Shown in pieces: positions 50,849 to 62,649 of a DNA stretch of 64,000 nt (the first letter of the stretch is position 1; each line of letters begins with the position of its first letter). Both the position numbers and the translations under genes were made by a program. Under the pieces are notes generated by a model. It ran no database searches and was not told the DNA's origin. It saw nothing but the letters and a program-made list of their open reading frames with translations. Origin of the DNA: Seison nebaliae (taxonomy: Eukaryota); assembly GCA_023231475.1 (NCBI GenBank), contig JALJEE010001441.1, positions 62,001 through 126,000 of the forward strand, given 5' to 3'.

Positions 50849-53837
50849 TCATTTTTTTTTTATAATAAAATTGGTTTGAGTTGCTTGTCGATAGAAACGA
50901 GCTTTATTTGACTGTTTATGTTCAAATATCACTTCCGGTGATTCTTGATCTCTTTCTTTCTTTTCTTCGTTTTCTTTCTTTGTTACTTTTCTTTCTTCAT
51001 CTATTACAATCTCATTAAAAGTGCTGGTAGAAAACTTGCGATCGTTATCAATTATTGTTGAATAATCTATTTTTTGTGGTGGTAAACTTGTTTTGGCGAT
51101 TGCTAAAAGAGATTTATGAGAATTAAAAGAATTTCAAACATTTGCTAATTTAGTGGTGCACGACTTAATGACGAAAAAGATGCAGATAAAAGAATAGCGA
51201 GAAAATCTAATAGAATTTGTAAAGAAGTATTTCCGAAAATTTTAGTTAAACTCAAAAATAGCAAGATTAATCAGATTAATAGGAACGTTTTCTTTTCGAG
51301 ATTAATATCAAAACTTACTTCATAAACGAAAATTGATGAACAGGAAAATAATATAGAGAAATTAAAAGAAACGATTTCCATCGAATACGATTCTTTAAAA
51401 TGAACATTATCAATCATGTGATGATAAGCGTCAACTAACATTTGTTATCCAAATCTATATAAGAAACATTTCCACTGTCACCGGTTGTAGTTTGTTGTTC
51501 GTATAAAGATTTTGGGTTGTCTATTTTTTCGACTATTTCAAAAACAGTTTCGATAAGAAAACAATATTAGAATTTATATTAAAACTAGAAAATAACTTGA
51601 AATACTCGAGTCACTATTTGTATTGAGTGTATTGTTAATACCGGACATAAAATTTCCATTCTCCATTTTAATTTTATATTTTGATTCTAAAAAGAAAATT
51701 TTAATTTATTGATTTCATTAAAAGTATTTACCATAATTACTCAATTTTTGATTTATGTCCTTCCGTTTCTTTCTTAATCGATGTGGAGGTTCTAAAAATT
51801 AGATGTTATTTCGTTGTTATAGAAAATTGAACTATGATGTTTATGGACTATGGGCTGATCAATAGTTTTTCTTAATTTTACGGCATTCAATTTCGTTTCG
51901 GTAATTGTTCGTATTTCATTTGGAGGTTTTTGTTGTATTTGTCTGTTCGACAATCTGTTCTCATTCTCATCATCTTCATCCATTCGATGAGTTAAAGTTT
52001 CAGTCGATGAACGTTTCAACATCACTTTTTTGGGTGGATTACGTGTAGGACTGGGTGTCTTTCTAAACGAATCGCTATAGAAAGGAGAAGATCTGATATC
52101 GATCTTCTTCGGTGGTAAAGTAGACCGAAATTTTGACATTCGATATTTCTTCTTTTGAGGAAGTTTCTTTCTCAATTCAGTTTTCAATTTCTCGATCGTT
52201 TCTTTCACTAGTCAAAAGATGAAATAAATACACATTTTAAAAAGTCGAAACTTTCTTCATCATTCTTCATTTCTTCTTCGATTATTTCCTGAAGTCCGTC
52301 TTCTATCAATTCAGTCCGTTCTATCTGAGATTCGTCGTCACTCTTCTCAGGCTCTTTTAACGATGTGTTACTTTCTTCTTTACCTTTCTCTTGTGGTTTC
52401 TTCTTCTTTCTCCTTTTTCTTTTTCGTTTTTCTAAGAATTTCTTCGTCAGAACAATATCTGCACGCAATTTCACTCGATTCAATACTTTCCCAAAAACGA
52501 TTTTTCGATTTTCGATGTTATAACCGTCGTGTTTGGTTGGAAAGAAAATTTCGTGTGCACATCTTGTTTCAAATAGAATTTGTAATAATAACGCTGGAGA
52601 AATGATAAGTTGAATGAGAATTGAAAATGATTTGTTTGAGAACCTTTATTTCTTCTCATTTCTTCTAATAATTCATCAGGATCAATTCCTTCAATTAAAC
52701 ATCGTTTCCTGATATCTTTCTCTTCTTGATCCATATTCGGATCATTGTCAATCGCCTCTAATGCACGACGTAATCTCTCAGCTGCTTCTCGTTCTTTCCG
52801 CTTCTCTTCCTCCAACTTTCTTTTTTCTTCATCCAACTTTCTTCTTTCCTCATCTAATTTCCTTTTTCGTTCTTCTTCTAATCTCCGTTTCTCTTCCTGA
52901 ACGATTTGTAATTTACGTTTTTCTTCTTCTTCTTTCAATTTCTTCCGTTCTTCTTCTTCCAATCGTAATTTTTCCCGTTTTTCTAATTCGGATTATACTG
53001 TAATTTATTGAAATATTTTCAGGGATAAAACTTTCTTCTTCGATCAATTTCTGTTTTTCTGCTTCCTCATCAACGTAACAACATTTGCAATTCTTCTTGC
53101 AACATATCGTAAAACGACGATGACAACTCGGCACGAAACAGAATATGAGTAGTAAAATAATTAAACCGATTAATAAGAGACTGAAGAAAACGGCAATACC
53201 AGCAACCGCACCAGAACCTATTCGAAGACAATATAATTGAAAATTTGAAATTTAAATGTGAACTTATTCCTGTTGGGGCTACCGTGGTTGGTGGGATGAC
53301 TATAATTGGAGTGGTCGTAGTTGTGGTGGTGGATTTGCAAATTGCCGTTTCAGCCGGAGCATTAGCCAAAGTGTATTCTGATAAAGGCAAAGTGGTAGAC
53401 CGTTTAATACAAGTCCCCACATTATAACATTGTGATGGTTGGACCTGATAGAAATATACGAGATTACCAGCTGTTATATGAATCTAAAGGAAATTGTCAA
53501 TAAAGTCAAATCAAAAATGAATGTCACTTTGTCGAATGTAAATTCTAACCGTATCTGGACACCAATATTCGGAAGAGGAGAATTCATTACCATTTACTAA
53601 TATACGGACGAGAGCTCCATAATTTAAATCATTCGAATTCTTCGATACATCTTTCTGATTCTCGGGTAATGTAACTGGCATATTTTTGAAGCTACCAATC
53701 ACTACTATGTCCAACTCATTATGAGTGTCGGTAGTTAATGCTTCATTTCCAATGATTTTCACTTTAAGGACGATAGAGTGGACGAATGTGAAAGTGACGA
53801 ATATGAGAAGGAGATTAGATGTATATTTTCGTTTCAT
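50849..53837 (-). CDS. Type I membrane protein: signal peptide, divergent PLAT-like domain, Thr stalk, TM, long charged cytoplasmic tail (~10 exons)
   Basis: Nine introns give a continuous frame through ORFs 53511..53837, 52480..52962, 52208..52483 and 51792..52208. TM AVAGIAVFFSLLLIGLIILLLIFCF is followed by a Cys cluster. Exons below 51.7 kb are less certain. Confidence 0.65.
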
Positions 53838-56800
53838 TGTCTATCGATCGATATTGATAAAAATTTTTAATTACATTATCATCAGAGAAGTATCAGATCA
53901 TTCTTTGAGGAAAAAAGAGGAATTATTATTTGGTGTGAATGCAAATGTAAATCTGTTTTGGAAGCAATTAGATTAAAGTCGATGGCACAACAACTAGTAG
54001 CCATAGTAATTGAGTTGAATGAGAGAGAAAGTGATAAGGTCGAGAGATTGAATATGAGAAGTCTTATTCGGAAGGAAGTTCAATGGAGCACATGAATAAT
54101 GAATGAATGTTAAACTGAATTTTAGTTGCATGTCCAACACGAAACTGGAGTGTGTCAAAATCAAAGTTATCGACCCTCATCTAGAACACACTCCGCGACT
54201 AATAACAATCATTATAATTAGAAAGTGTAATGGGAAAATTAAATAAATAAAGTTCTTTCTTAAATAATAGGGATTGTACCACATCCTCCATCTTCCACTT
54301 CGAAATGGACATGAAATAAATGAACATTATTTGAAGAGATTTTAAGTAACTCCATTTAACGGAAATCGATAGAGATCGTTCCTTCAAAAAAAAACTTATT
54401 TTTTTACGAAACATAAAAAATCAGTTACAGAAGATTGAAATGGAAATTATTATTTTTAGACAGATTCAAATTCTTCTTATTTTCTTTTTCAAGAGTTATG
54501 ACCAACGGAATGATTACATAAACGGAACAATAAATCGCTCCTAGGGACAATTCGATAAACATCGAAACATATCCACCACCTTTTATTTCTTCTCCATGGA
54601 CTTTTTTATTTCTCCTTCCATACAGACCAAACTCTCCCGTTTAAATGTCGTCCAATCTTCTAATTTTTAGTTCGTTAAATTAGTTGGCTAAAATGTGAAT
54701 AATGAATCGATACATATCGAATGAGGATTAGAATAAAACACAGAAAATTATTACAATAATATCACTGAAAAAGAAACTCTACTTTCCGTGCTAGAAAAGA
54801 AGAATTTTATCCAGTTCCACCAAATTCATGTTCAATTACCAAATAATTCAAGTGAGAAATTGAGAAATATAATTATTAAATTTGAGGATTTCGTTTTAGG
54901 ATTTGCTTACAAGCATCATTCCACCACCATTGACTTGTTAAGTTAAATGTACATTTAAGAGGAAGGGGGAACGGAATTTTTCTTTTCACTATGAAGGCTA
55001 CTTGAAATCGAAGTTGCAAAACACGAACAATAACAACTAATACGAACGATAACAGTATACTTACTTTCCTAATTGCATATCAGTGAAACTTCCCTCTTAT
55101 CACATATGTACATTGACAAATATTTGGCTAGAACCAAATCGTGTACGCCAAAACAAGTCCTAAATGAAATGTTGATGGAGAAATTGGATAAGAAAAGAAA
55201 GAAAACATAATTTATTTTCTTTCGGTTAATTAATTTGAAAAAAATGTTTCCCAATATTCAATCATTGATCATATTAAATGAATAGGAAAAAGGTTTGAAA
55301 ACCATATGCACAATGCATTCAGCTCAGAAATTCTTCAGTTATTTGACTAATATAAATGTTTTTGTGAAGATTCGAAAGGAATTTTGTGGATAATAAAAGA
55401 ATGACACATTAATTTATTCCATTCGATCACTCATTAGTTCCGCTTAATCGAGTCATTTCCGTCTCTGTTTATATAATGGATGGAATATATTCGTTCCGTC
55501 CCGGAATCTTTGTTGAGACGAATAAAAGAACTATATTCATCATGATCTTGCTTCATTTCCTTAAAAATTCAGTTGAAACGAAATTATTTTAATACTTAAA
55601 AAAAATTTTAAAAATTTTTACAGTTTTCAGATCAATTGAGAGAAAAGTTTATTTAAAACAATTTTTTCAAGTGATTCAAATTTATTTAAATTAATTTCCG
55701 GACATTTCCTCTTCATATCAATAAAAAAATTATAAACTAATCTGTTTACCTTCACAAATAAGTTTGACATAATGTGTTCTTAAAGTTCTGATGAAATAAA
55801 TCTTGAAAAGGAAATTTAATATTCATTCAATTTTCACCTTCGATTTCTTTCTTTTCTGGATATTCAATTATTGTATTGAGACGGAGAATGAAAGAAATAT
55901 AAACATTTGATTATTGTATTTTTTCGCCATTTTTGAGGTCCTAATCATCATTGTATTCATCTGAAATTAAACGGAAAAATTTCTTGGAATTGGAAATTCA
56001 TCATATTTTTATGTGTTTTAAAATATTTTGATGGAATTGATTAAAATCGCCAAAATTCTGTGAAGAAAATACTCATAAATTAGTTTGTAAAAACAAAGAA
56101 AAAACTTAGTTTTTTTCTGGGAAAATCTTTTAATTCCGAAACTTTCCCTTTCGTAATATTAAAATGAATTTATTTTCATTAATAACAATACGAAGGACAT
56201 GAATTGACGCAAAGATATGGAGATGAACGCGAATATGAATAAAAAATCATTCCAAATAAATATTTGCAGGAAGAAATATTGGGGAATTAATAAATTAAGA
56301 AGAGAATGCAAGTAGTTGGAGAAATTCATTTTAATCTTCTTATTTCCAGTTCCAAGTAAAATGTACATTGATCGTGTCCCCGTTAATTGTAATTATTATG
56401 AAAAGAAGAAAGGAAATTGAATGAGAGCGAAGGAGCAGAAAATAAAGGAAAACAACTAAAACTTTTATTTGAGTCTCAATTGTTCAGATTTTAGGTATAT
56501 GGAATGTGGTTATAGTAAAGAAACCCGCCAACTATAAATCTTACATTTTTCTCCTCTCCGTGCTTTGTTCATTTACTCAATTGAAATGATTTCCTTATCG
56601 AAATAAAGAGTCTCTCCCTTCATTTCGCCTGTCATTTCTAAATGATTTCACAAAAAATCTTTCGTTTCCATTTTAGCCATATTCCACCAATTTTCTGTGC
56701 ATCGTTATATTAGCTAATAATAATCATCATCATCTTTCGATTTCGTAGACTTAATATTTCAGAAACAATTTCTTCATTCCCTCATCTACTTGAAACTGTC

Positions 56801-56853
56801 TAAAAACTTTCAGCCCCTTAGCAGTCACCAAGAATCGATGAATAAGAAAAAGA

Positions 56854-57900
56854 ATGAAATTGATGTTGTGTAAAATAATCTCAATATTTTTTTTCCTTCT
56901 AAAAAATTCATGTTCTGTTTTTTATTCAAACAAACTTGACTTTTCTTTATTAACTAGTCGCGGAAAACCTGTATTATGTTCATGCATTCACCAATGGTCA
57001 ACTCGACGATGGAGGAACGAACGCCACTGTTATATTCTCTTTCACGTATGAAACAGGTTTCTTCATTTTTCATTCAATTGAAAGTTCATTTGAATTTAGG
57101 AAATGAACAAGTACTCATCGGAGGAACACAACCGTCTGACAACGGTCATTCGACCATGTTTGAAAAAGGAGTGTATGATTTTTATATTGCGGTGAGAAGT
57201 TCGGAAACGGATCATGGTGTTCTAAAAAGTCTCGATATTACATTAGACGATCCAAGCGATCGATGGTGTTTTGATGGAGTTTAGTAGATTTAATGAAATT
57301 CTTTTAATATTTCTTCAGCTTCGCATTATAGATAAAGTCGATAATCGTATGTATGAATGGTTCTCTACGAACTGCTCCTTATGCAACGGTGCCCGCACTT
57401 ATACGACTGGTTTTTCTACGGTAGCTGACTATATTGCTCCCCCAAGTTATTATTTTTCAATTTAAATTTTAATTCAATCTAAATAAATAAGGTGATTTTA
57501 TTTCACCTTGTGATGAAGTATTGCCATCATCAACACCGAAACCAGAAAAGAAAAGTTAAATTTTCATTCAATCAAAATATTTTGTATCAGATTATAAAAT
57601 TATCAGACAACACAATTATTATCATCGTGGTTGTTTTAGTTATAGTATTAATTGGCGTAGCTATAGCCGTTATAGTTGTGGTGATGTTGAAGAAGAAAAG
57701 TTTATTCGATTTCTAAACTCTTTTTTTTTCTAATTCTTTTATTTTCAGAATCACCTAACATGAAAATCGGGAAGTTTTCATTTTTATAATTTTAAAAAAT
57801 TTTTCATATATTTCTATTTAGTGGTCGAAGTGCTCCAACATCTGCATCTACCATATCAAGTCATTTCGATCCTACTGATAATGAAATGAATAATAATTAA
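56854..57900 (+). CDS. Type I membrane protein with extracellular PLAT/LH2 domain (8 exons)
   Basis: Signal peptide, then YYVHAFTNGQLDDGGTNATVIF…MFEKGVYDFY…DHGVLKSLDITLDDPSDRWCFDGLRIID…MYEW, which follows the PLAT consensus. TM IIIIVVVLVIVLIGVAIAVIVVVML. Seven GTT introns. Confidence 0.75.
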
Positions 57901-58188
57901 TTTTAATTTTATCTGCACAGACTGAAATGCTAATTAATTTAAATTTAATTCATAGTCATTTATTCCAAATAACAATTTGATTTTTCATTTTAAACATCAT
58001 TTTACTTTCATTTACGATGTAAATAAAGTATCATTTGATTTATCGATTTTTGATATTCGACAATTTCATATTAATCGAAAGAAGATGAACGTCTATTTTA
58101 TGTTCAAATATTATGAAAATTTTTGAAATTTAAAAGAAAGTTAAAAAGTTAAATTGAGAAAAAGCGCAATTTCTTAGAATATTAGACA

Positions 58189-59544
58189 ATGTCGAGAATA
58201 TTTTCATTGTTTCTCCTTTTTGTTGGTATTGTTCACTGTTATTCTGATGAAGATAAGGAACAATATAATTATGATGTATTTCCACCATCAAACGATACGG
58301 AATCAATAAATGTCCTTGATGATCTACATAATTATCGGGAAAATTTGCTTGAAATTTTCACGGAAATCGAAGCGGACGACAATATGGAGAACATGCATCG
58401 CAGTAAACGGAAAATCAAAGTACGTAAACCAAAAAATTTGACCGAATTATTTAAGTTTCATGCATTTAAGACACTGTTGACTGTCCGTAAATCCCTACAA
58501 GATCCATCGATTGCTCCAGCTGATACATTACCAGATGATACAACTGATTATGCCGATCAAGTAACATCTGATTATTATAAGATGTTAGCCAATTATGATG
58601 TTAGTATGAAAATTGTAGTAATTGTAGTGATATAATTAGAATTAAAAGAATTATGTTGGAATGAAAACGGCTTTAATAGATAGTCGGTTATTAACCAGAA
58701 CTTTAAATTCGGTTAATTTGGATGAATATACTATGAAAAATTTTATTAAACCAAAATATTGGGATGAAAAGAAAAGACGTCAGGATGAGACAAAAGAAAT
58801 TAAAGATATCAAATTGTACGTCAGGTTCATTCTCATTTTCATCGGTTAAACTTCTTCAACTAAATCGATTTTTTCAGACAAATGAATATCGAGAAAGCCG
58901 TTTGGCAATGGGAGAATGTAATGAAAACACAGAAATTATCTTCGTATAAAAATTGTCATCGAAACTTTTTAAATTCGTTCATTCGAGGTTGTTCACTTCA
59001 TTGTCGACGATGGATAACGGATTCGGGAGACAGTATAAAAACCGTTTGTCGAAGCAAGCAGATTGACGGAATGGCTAATTTTAGACAATGTAGAGAAATG
59101 ACCTCTGAATCGAAAAGGTTAGGCTTAAAAAACCATCCAGTTGTGTATACGGGCAAGAAATGCGAAGTTATGACTGAATTGTACCAAGAATGTTATGGAA
59201 ACATGTTCCTCAGAAAGATAACATGTCAAATATTTTGCAAAACGTTCAATAACAGAAGGAACCTCTTTAAAGGATTCAGCAAACCCAAACATTTCTCGAC
59301 CTTATTCCGAAACACAATTCAAGCTCGAATTGCCCTTACTTCATATCGAGCTTACGAATATCAATGTTGTCGTGAGGGATGTCGAACCGAGGAAATATTT
59401 CTCGACGAATTTTCATGTATCGTTTGCGCCTTTTTTGGATTATGGCCTGAGAGTGAAAGCGAAGCAACACGTTTAAATAACTATTCATATCAGTTAAGTG
59501 TAATATCGATTCTAATTACTTTATTTTATTTCCAATTTTTATAA
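58189..59544 (+). CDS. Secreted, probably GPI-anchored Cys-rich preproprotein (3 exons)
   Basis: Signal peptide, acidic pro-region, furin-like RSKR, Cys-rich last exon and terminal hydrophobic stretch. Introns at 58600-58648 and 58825-58877. Confidence 0.7.
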
Positions 59545-61298
59545 ACTAGCAAAATTTCCAATCTTTTATATTCCGCTCATAATTTTCAATAAATAATAAT
59601 GTAATTTAACGTGAATTATTCGATTTAAAACAAAAATTAATTTTCTCGGTTATTCAATCAATATGTATTCAATTTTTTCGATTACCTTGCAACATATTCT
59701 TAAACAAATTTTCTATTTTTTCTTTTCATTGAAAATCGAAATTCATTTGGTTGAAGAATCGCTTTTCAATTATCAGGATTTCATATCTTTCAATGGTTCA
59801 GATAGTTCACTTCTGTCAATGATTCATTTCTGTAGACAAAATTTTTTAGCAGTTTTTTTTTTGATTTATTCTAATCTAAATTTAAGAAGAATAATAATCA
59901 TTTTGAAGACAAACTGAACAGATATGTAAGTGTAATAATAATTGTCTTCCAATAAAGAAATTTGAAAAAAGCCAAATTTCCCTTATAATCATTTGAAATA
60001 TGTAAGAGATTTAATCATAATAATAAATATAGTCATCTAATGTGAACATTCTGACTGAACGTTCTAAAATTCCTTAGGGTTCTTCCGATATAGGCTTATA
60101 TAAAAAATTTCTCTGATCAAATATTAAATTAAGTCGAGATGAAATATGTGTATTGGAGATAATTATAGTGTGGAAAGTTAGATGAGAATTTTTTTTCTCA
60201 TGTTATTAAGAAGAATTTAATTGTAGTAAATCGGATTGTTGATTTGGAAAATGATGTGTCGTATATTTATCACAAAAGAATGCAATATATCGATGAAGGA
60301 ATGTTTGATGAGGAAATAAATTGATCGATAAGATCGAACACTGTACCTGTACGATGTAAGCTTGAAATTTAAATTTACAACCAACCTAATCTTCTTTTCA
60401 CATTCTACTAATTGGTCTATTTCAATGATTATTCATTTGATGTAAAAAGAAAGAGAAGACGAAGTTTAAATGATGCAAAGCAATGTGTTAAGTAATAGAG
60501 ATATAAAAGCGAACTGATAGATATTTAGTATAAGGGAAAGACGTGAATTTACGTTGGCGAAAAAATAATGTGTTTGTTAGAATGATTGCGATTATTTTTT
60601 GGAAAGGAAAAAATGGGAATTTGTTCGTCCTTTTCTTTCAACTTCTATTCAACGTTGGGAAACGTGTAAAAAAGGTCGAAGAAGTGTAATGAGTTGTTAA
60701 TATTTTTCCCGTGTACTTATCCTATTGGAGGGAGAGAAATGATTCGGTCGAACTTTCATTTCTCGTCAATTAAATCTTTCTGTTCACTACATTATTCCTT
60801 ATGAGAAGTTCTTTACTAAACTTTTTGAGACACGTGTGAAAGAAAATAATTCTCTTAAATATAAATAATTGAATGTAAATTTTGGAGGATATTTGTTGTA
60901 GAGATTGCAGAGTGATTTCCAAGAGAATTTGCTACAAGTTAAAAGTAAAATTAAATTGTTTCAACTTTTTTTCTTGTTTAGAATAAGAATTTTTTTTTCA
61001 ATTATTTCAATGATTCGTTTCGTTTCCTTTTAAATTTCCTTTATTGTTTTCTTTATCTTCTCCAATCTCATCTGGATGAATTTAACTGAATCATCATCAG
61101 ATTATACTAGAATTTGTGCTATCTGATTAATCTCTATTTTCACAACAAATTTCCAGATATATTTTAACAGAAATTTTTTCGTGAAGAATTCTTATAGAAT
61201 TTATTTCAGCTAATTCAGTGTGTGTTTGTGGAGAAGGAAATTGTTTGACTGTTAACGAGTTTGTTCCTACTTATTCATCGTTATCATTCCATTAGCTG

Positions 61299-62348
61299 AT
61301 GGCACAGAGTGTTAGCGAATCAAGGAAACGACGAGCAAATAGTCATTCTTCACCAATCATTTCAAAATTCTCTCGAACTGAAACACTTTCCTCGATCAAT
61401 AATTGCAAATACGAAATAAATGATGTTTACGATCCAATGACCATACCTGAACAGATTGGCAAGGATTTACATAAAAATAACGATAAATCAGAAAAACGAA
61501 CTACTACTACTACCACATCAACATCCACAAAAATTACGACGGTTACAACTCCAGCAATTCTATCAAGTAATCGCAATTCTCAAATATTCTCATCAAAAAA
61601 TTTCCAACAACCACAACATCGTTGTTATCATTATTTATCTCCTTCAAATTTGTTGGCGAAATCATCGACATCAAATCATCAATTAAAATCCACCTCCCCA
61701 GAAGAAGATCTTTCGCCTCATAAAAGAAATAATTCTTCATCATCATCAACTGACGATAGTGCATCGTCTCTCGATATCGGAGTATCATCAGTCGCTTCCA
61801 CCACTTCCTCCACATCAACCGGAAATTCATCAACTGAACAATTGTGTAAACAATTACAAGCGACGAGTCTAATGTTAACGCAGAAGAAAGAATCGTCCTC
61901 GTCACCTCAACAACAACGATCAACGTTATCAGACGATGATTTGTCGAATGGAACGAAAATTCATTTGAAAAATAATGATCATAGCAAGAAATCGTCGAAG
62001 AAATCTTCTCATCTTCCTACCACCAGTAACAGAAAACGAAAAATCGATTTAAATTATGATGATAATGAGCCTAAAAAATTTCATTCTGCATTCGATGAAG
62101 TGAATCGATTATGTTCGTCGTTAAACATCGTCCTCCATCCTCCACTTCAACCTGATGATAATCAATCTATGCAATCCGGAATAAGTGGCGATCAAATCGA
62201 TATTGAACCGAATCTGATGAATGATGATGGAATTTATGTACCACAATTTGGAATGGAAGCCGATTACGATAGTGAAAGTGAAGATGAAGAGATTATTGAT
62301 TCGCAATTCATATCGAAACTATTCAATCATCATAAAGTCACATTATGA
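61299..62348 (+). CDS. Intronless Ser/Thr-rich, probably disordered protein (349 aa)
   Basis: Long ORF in AT-rich DNA; basic clusters RKRR and RKRK; acidic C-terminus. No family recognised. Confidence 0.65.
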   Translation: MAQSVSESRKRRANSHSSPIISKFSRTETLSSINNCKYEINDVYDPMTIPEQIGKDLHKNNDKSEKRTTTTTTSTSTKITTVTTPAILSSNRNSQIFSSKNFQQPQHRCYHYLSPSNLLAKSSTSNHQLKSTSPEEDLSPHKRNNSSSSSTDDSASSLDIGVSSVASTTSSTSTGNSSTEQLCKQLQATSLMLTQKKESSSSPQQQRSTLSDDDLSNGTKIHLKNNDHSKKSSKKSSHLPTTSNRKRKIDLNYDDNEPKKFHSAFDEVNRLCSSLNIVLHPPLQPDDNQSMQSGISGDQIDIEPNLMNDDGIYVPQFGMEADYDSESEDEEIIDSQFISKLFNHHKVTL

Positions 62349-62649
62349 TTTCAGTTTAATTTAATCAACAAAGAAAGACCAAATTTTTTATGGAAATAAA
62401 ATAATGAAGAATAAAGTAATGCAGAGAAATTATCGATTATCCATTTTTAAATTTATGATAATCATTTTTGTTCGAACTAATAATGAACTCATCTTGTAAT
62501 CAATTTAATTTTATTTGTATTAATAAATTTAGAAAAAGTTAAATTTATTTTTTAATTTAATAAAATTTCCCTTAAATTTCTTCATTCTCTTCATTACAAT
62601 GATTCATTCAATCATCTCTCCTCGATTTCCTCATATTAATTTTCAAGTG

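Noticed and set aside
54147..54194. 9-bp inverted repeat GGAGTGTGT…ACACACTCC
   Set aside because: A single short stem with a 30-nt loop and no RNA-family signature; compatible with chance.
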